64,000 bases of DNA from an uncultured Chloroflexia bacterium (GCA_963810095.1 CAWEMM010000006.1:1376001-1440000); one strand, 5' to 3'. Counted from the stretch's first letter, positions 1 to 9,918 are shown. Made by a program: numbers and translations. The notes: generated from the letters alone by a model not told the origin.

Positions 1-519
1 CATCACGCCGCCCGAAGTGGTGCAACTGGTTGCCTCAGGGATGGTCAAGGCGGGGTGGGCGCTGGACCTCGGGTGCGGCTCGGGGGTCACGAGCCGGTTT
101 CTCGCAGCCAACGGATTTCGCACGATCGGCTTGGATCTTTCACTTGCCGCCTTGCGCCGCGGCGCAGCGCGGGCGGCCGCCGAGGGGTTGTCGTGTGCGT
201 TCCTCCGGGCCAGCGTCGCCGACCTGGCCTTTCTGCAGGTCGACGTCACACTCGCAGTCGACGTCGGGTGTTTTCACAGCCTTTCGGCCCACGCCCGGCA
301 GACCTACATCCATTCGCTGGCAGATCGTGTCGTGAGAGGCGGCTATTACCTGCTGTACGGTTTTGTCTGCGCGTCCCCGGCCGGGGAGGACGGCGACGGT
401 CCCTGTCTCGCCTGCCTGCCGACATCGCCGCCTTTGCTCCCTGGTTTATCCTGCGCACGACGGCGCACGGAGGCGACCGGGGCCGTCCTTCGGCATGGTT
501 CCTCATGCAGCGCGCCTAA
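1..519 (+). CDS. Class I SAM-dependent methyltransferase, 5'-truncated by window edge, frameshift near 410
   Basis: ITPPEVV...ALDLGCGSG (motif I), DVGCFHSL. The C-terminus PADIAAFAPWF...SAWFLMQRA* is in another frame, ending at 519. Confidence 0.8.
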   Translation, partial: HHAARSGATGCLRDGQGGVGAGPRVRLGGHEPVSRSQRISHDRLGSFTCRLAPRRSAGGRRGVVVCVPPGQRRRPGLSAGRRHTRSRRRVFSQPFGPRPADLHPFAGRSCRERRLLPAVRFCLRVPGRGGRRRSLSRLPADIAAFAPWFILRTTAHGGDRGRPSAWFLMQRA

Positions 520-526
520 ACTGGTC

Positions 527-626
527 TGAAATGGGACACTGATTGAACGGATCGGACTGATGATTATGATCTTTGCCAAAGGACAGGGCAGATCAGTTCA
601 ATCAGTTGCATCAGCGTCCTATTTCA
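527..626. repeat. ~100-bp palindromic MITE-like element, copy 1
   Basis: Ends TGAAATGGGAC...GTCCTATTTCA. A near-identical inverted copy lies at 43149-43249. Confidence 0.85.
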
Positions 627-787
627 CATGAGATGAGTCGTCCTGCAAGCCTTGCTGCCTGCCTGCCTCGCATCGCCACACTCCGTCAAATGACTGAGTC
701 TGCTCGAAGGAACGTTGCCCGGCTTACTTACCCTTTCCAAACCCCTTGCTACAATACTTTAAGTTTCAATTCTCCGGAGGCCATTTT

Positions 788-1420
788 ATGCGTTTTGAGA
801 ATCCGCTTAAGCGGGTGGAGCGGCTGAAGCGGGTGCGCAACCTGCCGGGGCCGACTACCAACGACCGCGTGCCGCCAGGACAGTTTTTGACCGAGAAGTT
901 CCCTGTCCTGCATTACGGCTCGGTTCCGATCTATAAGAACCTCGACAATTGGGATTTCCGCGTCTTTGGCCTCGTCGAAGAACCGCTGCGTTTGACATGG
1001 GCAGAATTGCTCCGGCTGCCCAAGCAGGTTCAGACGGTGGACATCCATTGCGTCACCCGCTGGAGCAAGCTGGACATGAACTGGGCCGGCGTGCCGTGGC
1101 GCGAGTTTGCCAAGCTCGTGAAGATCAAGCCTGAAGCAACCCATGTCATGGCGCACTGCGAGTATGGGTTTACGGCGAACGTGGACCTGGAAGTACTCGA
1201 CGACGACGATACGATGCTGGCCTACGAGTACGACGGCCAGCCCTTAACCGCCGAACACGGCTATCCGCTCCGGCTTCTGGTGCCAAAGAAGTACTTCTGG
1301 AAGAGCGCAAAGTGGTTGCGCGGCATCGAGTTTATGGCCGGCGACAAGCCCGGCTTCTGGGAGCGCAACGGCTACCACATGGAAGGTGATCCCTGGCGGG
1401 AAGAGCGTTTCGGCTGGTAG
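788..1420 (+). CDS. Sulfite oxidase-like molybdopterin-dependent oxidoreductase
   Basis: [15 protein letters not shown] (Mo-ligand Cys), [37 protein letters not shown] precedes ATG 788. Confidence 0.92.
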   Translation: MRFENPLKRVERLKRVRNLPGPTTNDRVPPGQFLTEKFPVLHYGSVPIYKNLDNWDFRVFGLVEEPLRLTWAELLRLPKQVQTVDIHCVTRWSKLDMNWAGVPWREFAKLVKIKPEATHVMAHCEYGFTANVDLEVLDDDDTMLAYEYDGQPLTAEHGYPLRLLVPKKYFWKSAKWLRGIEFMAGDKPGFWERNGYHMEGDPWREERFGW

Positions 1421-1444
1421 CCGGCGCGCGGCCGCCTGCGATTT

Positions 1445-1481
1445 AGAAGCCAGGTTTCTGCCAGAAACCTGGTTTCTTTTT
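1445..1481 (+). terminator. Hairpin with T-tract (AGAAACC-GGTTTCT repeat family), likely terminator
   Basis: AGAAGCCAGGTTTCTGCCAGAAACCTGGTTTCTTTTT downstream of stop 1420. The same motif family occurs at 55708-55770. Confidence 0.6.
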
Positions 1482-1507
1482 CAATTCCGTGTAAAATAGA
1501 CGGCGTC

Positions 1508-3073
1508 ATGATCGGCTATCAACTGCGCCAACGCGAATACCTGCTGCAAATCAGCCGGGCGATGACGTCCCGGCTGGATCTCCCGTCCCTGCTGCGCCTG
1601 ATCTTGACCAGCGCGGCCGATCTCGTGCGCGCCGAGGCAGGCGTGATTGCCCTGCGCCGCGGCCGTTCCTCGACCCTGGTCATACACGCGTCGTATGGCG
1701 TGCCGGTGGCGCTGTTGCCCAGGTTTGCACCCTTGCTGACCGATTTCCCGCTCAAGCCCGAGGAATACCGGGTTCCCGACCTGGAGGCTCGGCTGAACAT
1801 GGTGGCCCGGGCCGTCCGCCTGCCGCTGAGCCAAGTCATCGCGCTCCCGCTCATCGTCCACGACGGCCTGTCCGGGGTGATCTACCTGTTCCGCAGCGGC
1901 AGCATTGCGTTCACCGAAAACGATCAGGCCGTGCTCTCCAGCTTCGCCGACCAGGCGGCCATCGCGGTCCGCAACGCGCAACTCTACCAGCAGGTGAGCG
2001 CGGAAAAGCGCCAGCTTGACGCGGTGATCCAGCACAGCGCGGACGGCGTGATGATTCTCGATCCCGACCTGCGCATCCAAGTCTTTAACCAGGCATTGAG
2101 CCGCCTTTTGGGGTGGCCGGCAGACCAGGCCGTCGGCCGGCCCTGCTACCAGGTGCTGGCGCTGGAAGAAGTCGTGGGGGACGACCTGTGCAGCGCAGCC
2201 GGTGGCGAGGCTGTTTTCGCCGGCGGCCAGCCCAGGACGGCCGACGGTGTCGTCGTGCGACCGGGTGGCTCGCGCGTCTCGGTGAGCGTCACCTATTCGC
2301 CGCTGTACGACGAGGACGGGCGGCTGACGAACGTGATTGCGAACGTGGTGGATGTGACCCGCTTTCGTGAGGCGGAGGAAATGAAGGCCTCGTTCGTCTC
2401 GGTCATTTCTCACGAACTGAAGACCCCTGTGGCTCTGATCAAGGGGTATGCGAGCACGCTCGCGCGCGAGGACGCCGAGTGGGACCGGGAGACGCTGCGC
2501 GAGGGACTCCAGGTGATCGGCGAGGAGAGCGACCGCCTAAACGCCCTGATCAACAACCTGTTGGACGCCTCACGCATCCAAGCGGGCGGCTTTACCGTCG
2601 AGCGGGCCGACCTGGACCTGGCCGGGCTGGCCGCGTCCGTCGTCGAGAACTGGCGCATTCAAACCGAGCGCCACCGTTTCATCCTTGATTTCCCCCCGGG
2701 CTTTCCCGACGTAGAGGGTGACGAAGAGCGCCTGCGGCAGGTGCTGAACAACCTGCTGAACAACGCGATCAAGTACTCGCCCGAGGGCGGCGAGGTGCGG
2801 GTGGGGGGCTGGCGCGAGGGCGACCACGTGACGACATACGTCGCGGACCAGGGCATCGGCATTCCAGAGGCCGAGCAGGCCAACCTGTTCCAGCGCTTTT
2901 ATCGCGTCGATTCGAGCCTGCGCCGCTCGACGCAGGGCGCGGGGCTTGGGCTCTTCCTGTGCCGCTCCATTATCGAGGCGCATGGCGGGCGGATTTGGCT
3001 GCGAAGTGAGCCGGGCAAGGGTACGACCGTCTTCTTCACCCTGCCGGTCGCAGGCTCCAACGCGGGACGCTGA
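1508..3073 (+). CDS. GAF/PAS sensor histidine kinase
   Basis: GAF (FADQAAIAVRNAQLY), PAS, H-box SHELKTP, N-box NLLNNAIKYS, DQGIGI, GAGLGL. Confidence 0.95.
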   Translation: MIGYQLRQREYLLQISRAMTSRLDLPSLLRLILTSAADLVRAEAGVIALRRGRSSTLVIHASYGVPVALLPRFAPLLTDFPLKPEEYRVPDLEARLNMVARAVRLPLSQVIALPLIVHDGLSGVIYLFRSGSIAFTENDQAVLSSFADQAAIAVRNAQLYQQVSAEKRQLDAVIQHSADGVMILDPDLRIQVFNQALSRLLGWPADQAVGRPCYQVLALEEVVGDDLCSAAGGEAVFAGGQPRTADGVVVRPGGSRVSVSVTYSPLYDEDGRLTNVIANVVDVTRFREAEEMKASFVSVISHELKTPVALIKGYASTLAREDAEWDRETLREGLQVIGEESDRLNALINNLLDASRIQAGGFTVERADLDLAGLAASVVENWRIQTERHRFILDFPPGFPDVEGDEERLRQVLNNLLNNAIKYSPEGGEVRVGGWREGDHVTTYVADQGIGIPEAEQANLFQRFYRVDSSLRRSTQGAGLGLFLCRSIIEAHGGRIWLRSEPGKGTTVFFTLPVAGSNAGR

Positions 3074-3107
3074 AGGTGCAGGAGCCAGCTGAGGATCCAG
3101 GAGCAAG

Positions 3108-3809
3108 ATGAAGAAACGCATCCTTGTCGTCGACGACGAGCCGCGCATGCGCCGCTTCGTGCGCATGAACCTGGACCTGGAAGGGTACGAGGTGCTGGAG
3201 GCGGACAATGGGCTGGTCGCACTGCAGAAGGTGCGCGACGACATGCCCGACCTGGTCCTGCTCGACGTGGCCATGCCCGAGATGGACGGGTTCGAGACGC
3301 TGGAGCGCATCCGCGAGGTCTCGGCCGTCCCCGTGATCATGCTCACCGTCAAGAGCGACGAGGACGACCGTATCCACGGGTTGGACTTGGGCGCGGACGA
3401 CTACGTGACCAAGCCCTTCAGCCCCCGGGAGTTGTCGAGCCGCATTCGGGCGGTGCTGCGCCGGGTGGAGCCGGCCAAGGGCAGTGTCGAAGAGCCGCTG
3501 GTGATCGACGAAGATCTGCAGATCGACTTCCCGCGGCGAACCGTCATCGCGCGGGGCGAGCCCGTCAAGCTGCGGCCCACCGAATACCGGCTGCTGCTAC
3601 ACCTGGTCGAGAACGCGGGCTGGATCGTGCCCCAGGAAACGCTGCTGTCGAAGGTGTGGGGACCGGAGTACCGGGACGACAACCAGCTGTTGCGCCTGTA
3701 TATTACCTACCTGCGGAAGAAGATCGAGCCGGACCCGGCCAACCCGAGGTACATCCTCACGGAGCGCGGCGTCGGTTACCAGTTCACGAACTACAAGAAG
3801 GCTGCCTGA
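3108..3809 (+). CDS. OmpR/PhoB-family response regulator
   Basis: [24 protein letters not shown], winged-helix [23 protein letters not shown]. Confidence 0.96.
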   Translation: MKKRILVVDDEPRMRRFVRMNLDLEGYEVLEADNGLVALQKVRDDMPDLVLLDVAMPEMDGFETLERIREVSAVPVIMLTVKSDEDDRIHGLDLGADDYVTKPFSPRELSSRIRAVLRRVEPAKGSVEEPLVIDEDLQIDFPRRTVIARGEPVKLRPTEYRLLLHLVENAGWIVPQETLLSKVWGPEYRDDNQLLRLYITYLRKKIEPDPANPRYILTERGVGYQFTNYKKAA

Positions 3810-3879
3810 GCGAGGCGCCGGTCAGCGGCCCTGACCGGACCTCGCCGGCGGCGAGATAGCCTGGAACAGCATCCGCTCC

Positions 3880-3948
3880 GCGAAGACGGCGAAGGCGCCC
3901 GCATTTGCGGGCGCAGCGAAGACGCGAAGCGCGAAGGTCGCGAAGGCC
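3880..3948 (+). repeat. (GCGAAG)n-type intergenic repeat
   Basis: Repeated CGAAGACGGCGAAGG / GCGAAGCGCGAAGG units. Related tracts lie at 14005-14095 (+) and 30520-30570 (-). Confidence 0.55.
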
Positions 3949-4121
3949 GGCCCTCAGAGCTCCGCAAGCCGACGGGCGCGCCGCAGTCGAAGGGTGCCGA
4001 GCGTCGCGATCAACAGATTCAATGTGGTTGCACTTAGATTCCATCCGAGCCAGGCGGGGCACGGTGAGACACCGGCCCCAGCTAATTCTCGGATAGACAT
4101 TTGGATGAAGCGCGGTTGAGG

Positions 4122-5531
4122 CTACGCGAGCCGCACGGCCAGCGGAATGCGGCCCGACGCCGGCGGCTGCCAGGGGAGGGGGCCGACAACCGTCGCGCCC
4201 GGCCCGAGCATCGGCGCCGCAAACTGCGCAGCGCATTCCCAAGGGGCGGCATCGGCACGCCGGAAGCAGACTTCGCCGGTGATCCCGTAGAGATATGCAA
4301 GACCGGGATTCGTGACCCGGACGTAGAGCGCGTTTTCGTGCCCCACCTCGGCCGCCTGTGCCTGGCTCCCGCCATCGGGCCTCTGGCGCAGCCACACATC
4401 CGCGCTGCCTGTGATCAGGCCCCCCTCAGACTTGCCGTAGACCACTGGGTGCCCGGCTGGATTGCGGCGGGCTGAGAAGATCGTCGAGGCATACCGGCTG
4501 ACGTAGGCGTACGGGATGTAGCCGTAGCCGGGCTGCCAGACGCCGTCCCACGCCCACGGCTGCCATGAGTTGCGCAGCAGGAAGTAGCCGCCGCCGGGCG
4601 CCCGTGGGTCGTCCTGATACCCCACTATGGTCATCGCGTGCCCCTCGCGCATCGGCTCGCCGGCCAGGGGCAGCGTGATCTTGCCCCAGCGCGTCATAGC
4701 CGACGACTTGAACCAGCTGTCGAAGACGGGCAGGGAGAAGGCGATACTCCGCCCTTCGACCAGGCACGCTTTCATCCCGGCGATGTCGGTGCGGCTAAAC
4801 TCCTGCGCGGGCTGGATGGCAAAGCCGAGGTCGCCGCCCGCGGCCAGCGGCGGCGGTGCGGCGAGGTCAGAGCCGGTCGCAGGCTGTGGCACGTAAGGCC
4901 AGAGTGCTTCGAGCGGCGCGCCCGCCTCGCCAAGGCAGCGCATGCCCAGTGACAGGTAGGTGCCGCTTCGTCCGGGTAACCCATCCCGCTCCTTGCACCA
5001 CCAGTAGACGTACTCCTCGGAGAGGTCCAGGTCGTGGGGCGCGCCGGCGGCAAGTTCGAGCTGCTCTCGCAGGGCCAGGACGGCATGCGCCACGCAGGTC
5101 GGGCGCTTGCCCTGGCTGCGCAGTGGGGGAAGTTGGTCCAGGAGATGGTGGCTGATCGGAAGCGGGAGGCGGCTTTCGGCGACGTACGGCGGCAGCGCGG
5201 CCATGCGTGCAGCGGTGACGGCCGGATCTTCGAGGAGCGCGCCCAGGGGGTAATCGGCAGCCGCCGTTTCCATTTCAAGGGCGGCGTCGACGCCGCGGCG
5301 CGCGGGCAGGGTGAGCCGTTGTGCGGCGCTAACGATCGTGTCGAGGCGCGGCCGCTCCAGGCCGAGCATCGAAGCCAACCGAGTGCGGGTGGCCTCGTTC
5401 GTGCCGTAGATGCCGACCAGTTGTGGCGCACTGTCGATCCACAGATCGTTCAGTGTCTGCACCTGGCCGGCATCGAGGCCGGGCACGGCCGAAAGTGGGG
5501 CGGACGCGGGTATCAGATCAGGCGGAAACAC
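4122..5531 (-). CDS. C1 (papain-family) cysteine peptidase
   Basis: SQGKRPTCVAHA (Q/C), LSEEYVY, GHAMTIVGY (His), LLRNSW (Asn). Confidence 0.9.
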   Translation of the reverse strand: MFPPDLIPASAPLSAVPGLDAGQVQTLNDLWIDSAPQLVGIYGTNEATRTRLASMLGLERPRLDTIVSAAQRLTLPARRGVDAALEMETAAADYPLGALLEDPAVTAARMAALPPYVAESRLPLPISHHLLDQLPPLRSQGKRPTCVAHAVLALREQLELAAGAPHDLDLSEEYVYWWCKERDGLPGRSGTYLSLGMRCLGEAGAPLEALWPYVPQPATGSDLAAPPPLAAGGDLGFAIQPAQEFSRTDIAGMKACLVEGRSIAFSLPVFDSWFKSSAMTRWGKITLPLAGEPMREGHAMTIVGYQDDPRAPGGGYFLLRNSWQPWAWDGVWQPGYGYIPYAYVSRYASTIFSARRNPAGHPVVYGKSEGGLITGSADVWLRQRPDGGSQAQAAEVGHENALYVRVTNPGLAYLYGITGEVCFRRADAAPWECAAQFAAPMLGPGATVVGPLPWQPPASGRIPLAVRLA

Positions 5532-5540
5532 GCTCGTCCC

Positions 5541-6720
5541 TTAGATGACGCCCATCTCCTTGCCCACCTTCTCGAAGATCGCCAGCACGCGGTCCATCTG
5601 CTCGAAAGTGTGCGTCGCCATGTAGCTGGTGCGCAAGAGCTCGCGGCCGGGCTGGACCGCGGGAGCCAGTACCGGGTTCACAAACACGCCCTCGTCGAAC
5701 AGGCGCCGCCACATGAAGAGCGTGAGCATCTGCTCGCCAAGGATAACTGGAATGACGGCGGTTGTCGAGGTGCCGATGTTGAAGCCCAGCCGCCGGTAGC
5801 CGTCACGCATGTAGTCAGCGATCTTGCACAAGTGCTCGACCCGTTCCGGCTCCTCGCGCATGATCTTCAAGGATGCGAGGGCCGCCGCCGCGTTCGAGGG
5901 CGGGATGCTGGCGCTGAAGAGGAGCGACCGTGCGTGATGCTTGATGTAGTGCACCACGGGCTCGTCGCCGGCGATAAAGCCGCCCAGCGATGCGAACGAC
6001 TTGCTGAAGGTGGACATCACCAAGTCGATGTCGCGCGTCATGTGGAAGTGCTCGCCTGTGCCCCGCCCGCAACCCAATACGCCGATCGCGTGTGCATCGT
6101 CGACCAGCAGCCGGGCGCCGTACTTTCGGCACAGGGGGATCAACTCGGGCAGCGGCGCGATATCGCCTTCCATACTGTACAGCCCATCCACACACACCAA
6201 CTTGCCTTTGTCTTCGGGCAGCCGCTCCAGGATGCGCTCTAGCTCCGCCATGTCCTGGTGGGCGAACCGCTTGGTCTCGCCGTAGCTCAGCTTTGCGCCG
6301 TCGACCAGGCTGGCGTGATCCTCTTTGTCGAGGATGACGTAGTCTCCGCGGCCGATCAACGCGCTCGATGGCCCCGAGGTTAGCCTGCATGCCGGTGGAG
6401 AAGACGACGGCCGATTCCTTACCCACGAAATCCGCCAGCTCGTGCTCGAGCTGCTCGTGCATCTCCAGCGTCCCGTTGAGGAATCGCGAACCCGTGCAGC
6501 TGGTTCCGTAACGTTTGATCGCCTGGATGGCCGCCTCGCGGACCCGCGGATCGGTGGTCAGCCCGAGGTAGTTGTTGGAGCCGCACATGATGAGGCGGTG
6601 GCCCTTATAGACTGCCTCCGAGCCCTCGTTTTCGGTCAGCGGGATGAAGTAGGGATAATAGCCGGCCGCAATGGCCTCTTTGGCTTCGGTGAATTCGTGC
6701 GTTTTGGCGAAAAGATCCAT
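5541..6720 (-). CDS. spt: Serine palmitoyltransferase-like alpha-oxoamine synthase (PLP), frameshift near 6366
   Basis: [48 protein letters not shown]. ORFs 5815-6720 and 5541-6359 join as GAISALIG on removing one base. Confidence 0.8.
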
Positions 6721-6809
6721 GAGTGCTCCTTCAGCTAGGGGTCGAGTCCTATCCTGTGGCGTGCACGGGGGTGAATGCCGCCGTGTACGTCACAGATACA
6801 GACGTGACC

Positions 6810-7790
6810 TCAGGTAAGGTAACCGTGTTCCCGATACCAATGATACGCCCGTTCTGCCGCCTCGCGGAAAGGAAGAATGGGAAACCCGAGTTCGGTCACG
6901 GCTTTGCCTGAGTCAAAAAAGACATTGTGCGCGGAAAGTCGAAGCTGGTCACCACTGGCCATCGGGCGGGGGATAAACCGGTTAGCCAGGTCCAGCACAG
7001 TCGCCGCCGGCGGCAGCGCCCAGCCGGGAATGATCCAGGCAGGCGGGCGGGTGCCGACGATATCGGAAATGATAGCAGTAATCTGGCGATATGTCAGGTT
7101 TTCGCCCCCCAGGATGTATCGCTCGCCTACCCGGCCCAGTTCGGCGGCCGCGAGGTGCCCCGCGACGACCGCATCGATGTCGACCATGCACAGGCCCCCC
7201 GGCGGACAGCCGGGCAGGGGCCGCTTTGCCATTTCCACGATCAAGCTGCCTGAGATCAGGTTATGGTCGCCCGGGCCCATGACTGCGGCGGGGTTGACGA
7301 TCACGGCGGGCAGTCCCAGCTTGACCGCCCTGGCCACCTCCAATTCGGCGAGGTGCTTGCTGTGGGCGTAGGCGAAACCCTTCTCGCGCGCGTCGAAGGG
7401 CTGGCTTTCGTCCGACGGCCTTCCGTCGCGCCGCACGCCCACGGCCGCGGCGGACGAAGTATGCACGACGCGCGAAACGCCCGCCCGCAGGCACGCATCC
7501 ATGACGATCCGGGTGCCTTCGACGTTCACCCGGCGAACGGCTGCTTCGTTCGAGCGCCAATAGGATGAAACGGCCGCGACGTGGAAGACCCGGTCGCAGC
7601 CGTCGACGGCGGCCCTGACCGCACCGGCGTCGAGAATGTCGCCGTGGACATGCTCGACCGGGAGGCCGTCCAGCGCGATGGTGCTCGAGTTCTTCCGCCT
7701 TAAGATGCGGACGTCGTCTCCCCGGCGGACGAGCGCGGCGGCCAGTTGGCTGCCGACGAACCCTGTCGCGCCGGTGACCAGCACCTTCAC
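6810..7790 (-). CDS. Extended SDR / NAD-dependent epimerase-dehydratase (HpnA/DFR-like), candidate ceramide reductase
   Basis: VTGATGFVGS, HTSS, YAHSK, GERYILGG. GTG start overlaps the upstream TGA. Confidence 0.85.
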   Translation of the reverse strand: MKVLVTGATGFVGSQLAAALVRRGDDVRILRRKNSSTIALDGLPVEHVHGDILDAGAVRAAVDGCDRVFHVAAVSSYWRSNEAAVRRVNVEGTRIVMDACLRAGVSRVVHTSSAAAVGVRRDGRPSDESQPFDAREKGFAYAHSKHLAELEVARAVKLGLPAVIVNPAAVMGPGDHNLISGSLIVEMAKRPLPGCPPGGLCMVDIDAVVAGHLAAAELGRVGERYILGGENLTYRQITAIISDIVGTRPPAWIIPGWALPPAATVLDLANRFIPRPMASGDQLRLSAHNVFFDSGKAVTELGFPILPFREAAERAYHWYREHGYLT

Positions 7791-8920
7791 AGAGGCTTCT
7801 CGTAGATGCGGTAGGTCTTGTACTTACGGCCGCCCATGCGCTCGATGATCGTGTTCATCATCGTGTTGGTTTCCAGGATCCACGAGCCTTCGACGCGCTT
7901 GTAGCCGTGTTTGAGGGCTTCCTGGGCCGTCTCCAGGTAGAAGATGGCATCTACGCCGAGGCCGCGGTACTCCTCGATCATGCCCATGATCATCAAGCGG
8001 CACTGGTCGATGTGGCGCCGCGCGAGCAGGAACTTGGGCAGGCCGAGCGGCCACATGTGCCCTCCGCCCGAGCGCTTGAGCGCCTGGTGCAGGTCGGGCA
8101 TGGTGAGCGACACGCCCGCGGGCCTGCCGTCCGCAGTTTCGGCGATAAAGATGAGGTTGGGATCGACCATCGGCTTGAGGCTGCCGACTAGGTGGTCGAT
8201 CTCGTGGTCGGTAAGGGGCACGAAGCCCCAGTTCTTCTGCCACGCGCCGTTGTAGGCCGCCTTGATGAGCGCAATCTCCGAGTCCAGGTGCTTCATGTCG
8301 ATCTTGCGCACGCGCAGGCCGTGCCGCTCCATCGCCTTCTTGGAGACTCGGTACAGTTTCTGGGGCGCCTCGTCCAGAGCCTTCTGGATGTCGTAGATCC
8401 AGGCGAACAAGTCCATCGCCTTGACGTACCCGTGGCATTCGATCAAGGCGGGATAGTAACGCGGGTTGTGGGTAAGCATGAGCATCGGCGGAGTATCAAA
8501 ACCGTCGATCAGGGTGCCCACCTCGTCGTTCGTCGAGAAGTTCAGGGGGCCGCGGATGAGGTTCATCCCCTGCAAGCGGCACCAATCCTCTGCGGTCTGG
8601 AAGAGCGCGCCCGCAACTTCGGGGTCGTTGACCGATTCGAAGAAGCCCCAGCCGCCGGCCAGCTCGTTGTGCACCCGGTTATGGTTGTCGTTGACCACGC
8701 CGCCGATGGTCCCGACGATCTTCCCCGCCCGGCGAGCGACGAAAAGCTGGTAGCGCGAGTGCTCGTAGAAAGGGTTCTTTTTGGTGTCGAAGAATGCGAG
8801 TCGTTCCTCGATCAGGGGCGGCACCCAGCACGGGTCGTCCTGGTAGAGCTTGAAAGGAAACTGCACATACGCGGACAGCCCTTTGCGGCTATTGACGGCT
8901 TCGATGTCGATGTTGCTCAT
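7787..8920 (-). CDS. GNAT-fold N-acyltransferase, bacterial ceramide synthase (bCerS)-like
   Basis: DPCWVPPL, KNPFYEH, GFFESVND, GPLNFSTNDEVG, HNPRYY, NWGFVP, SWILETN. AGGAGG RBS precedes ATG 8920. Confidence 0.8.
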   Translation of the reverse strand: MSNIDIEAVNSRKGLSAYVQFPFKLYQDDPCWVPPLIEERLAFFDTKKNPFYEHSRYQLFVARRAGKIVGTIGGVVNDNHNRVHNELAGGWGFFESVNDPEVAGALFQTAEDWCRLQGMNLIRGPLNFSTNDEVGTLIDGFDTPPMLMLTHNPRYYPALIECHGYVKAMDLFAWIYDIQKALDEAPQKLYRVSKKAMERHGLRVRKIDMKHLDSEIALIKAAYNGAWQKNWGFVPLTDHEIDHLVGSLKPMVDPNLIFIAETADGRPAGVSLTMPDLHQALKRSGGGHMWPLGLPKFLLARRHIDQCRLMIMGMIEEYRGLGVDAIFYLETAQEALKHGYKRVEGSWILETNTMMNTIIERMGGRKYKTYRIYEKPL

Positions 8921-8936
8921 GGTGCCTCCTCTGACG

Positions 8937-9767
8937 TTATTCCTGTCGAGGCTCGTGCTTGCGACGGGCCCGCCCAATGAGTTGGTCGAGTACGGGGAAC
9001 TGCAGGTCGCCGAGCAGGCTGGCGGCCCGGGCCGCGGCGCTCATTTCCAGCCCGGGCACGATCGAATAGCGGTTGTGGCGTATGCCGTGGAGGATTTCGC
9101 GCGCGACGTACTCAGGCGAAACGACCGTGCCGCCGTAGACGTCGTGGGCCTCGGGAGGGCGGAGGGGGACTTCCCCTGTGAGCTGCGGTGTGTCGGTGTC
9201 TGGCGGATAGACTACGGCGACGTGGATGCCGTACGGCTTGAGCTCGATCCGCAGCACGTCGGACAGCCCCCGGAGCGCGCACTTGGACGCCGCGTACGCG
9301 GTGTAGCCATACGTCGGGAGCAAGGCTGCGCCTGAGGCAACATTGACGATAAAGCCCGCCCGCCGTTCGATCATGCCGGGCATCACGGCTTTAATCACGT
9401 GCAACGCACCGAAGTAGTTGACGTCCATCATCTCGTGAAAGACGTCAAGATCCAGGTCCGCGAAATAGCCGGGGTGGGTGACGCCGTGCGAGTTGACGAC
9501 GATGTGGGGGAGCCCCACCCGGCGCGTTACTTCGGCGACCGCGGCGGCGGCTTGTGCAGGGTCGGCCACGTCGGCCGCCGTCGCGCCGCACACCTGATCG
9601 GGCCGTGTGCAAGCGGCCTTGACTTCGTCCAGGGCCTGTGCCAGGCGTTCCCGGTTGCGGGCCACCAGCCAGACATGGGCTTCTTCGCGGGCAAAAGCGC
9701 GGGCAGCCGCCAGTCCGATGCCGCTGGAGCCGCCCGTGATGAGAATGACTTGGTTACGGAAGGTCAT
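8937..9767 (-). CDS. SDR oxidoreductase, 3-ketodihydrosphingosine reductase (KDSR/Tsc10)-like
   Basis: ITGGSSGIG, MDVNYFG, GYTAYAASKCALRGL, ELKPYGIHVAVVYPPDTDTP (PPDTDTP is the KDSR-type segment). Confidence 0.8.
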   Translation of the reverse strand: MTFRNQVILITGGSSGIGLAAARAFAREEAHVWLVARNRERLAQALDEVKAACTRPDQVCGATAADVADPAQAAAAVAEVTRRVGLPHIVVNSHGVTHPGYFADLDLDVFHEMMDVNYFGALHVIKAVMPGMIERRAGFIVNVASGAALLPTYGYTAYAASKCALRGLSDVLRIELKPYGIHVAVVYPPDTDTPQLTGEVPLRPPEAHDVYGGTVVSPEYVAREILHGIRHNRYSIVPGLEMSAAARAASLLGDLQFPVLDQLIGRARRKHEPRQE

Positions 9768-9819
9768 GAAATGAATGCTCGAGCGCGCGTGGGTACGTAC
9801 GCGAGGTAAGATTATGTGT

Positions 9820-9849
9820 ATTATATAACACCGGCGGGTCGCGATGCAA
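9820..9849 (-). promoter_or_regulatory. Sigma70-type promoter of the SDR-GNAT-epimerase-SPT operon
   Basis: Minus strand TTGCAT-18 nt-TATAAT about 50 bp upstream of ATG 9767. Confidence 0.5.
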
Positions 9850-9918
9850 GCGCCATGAACGAACGGACTGGGCCTTAAGGCCAGTCTACGTGGGCCGTCC
9901 CGGCCGTGCGCCGGAGAG

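Noticed and set aside
5541-6720. BioF (biotin synthesis) annotation
   Set aside because: No bio genes are nearby. The TFSKS motif and the KDSR/bCerS-like neighbours favour SPT, though this is not excluded without a tree.
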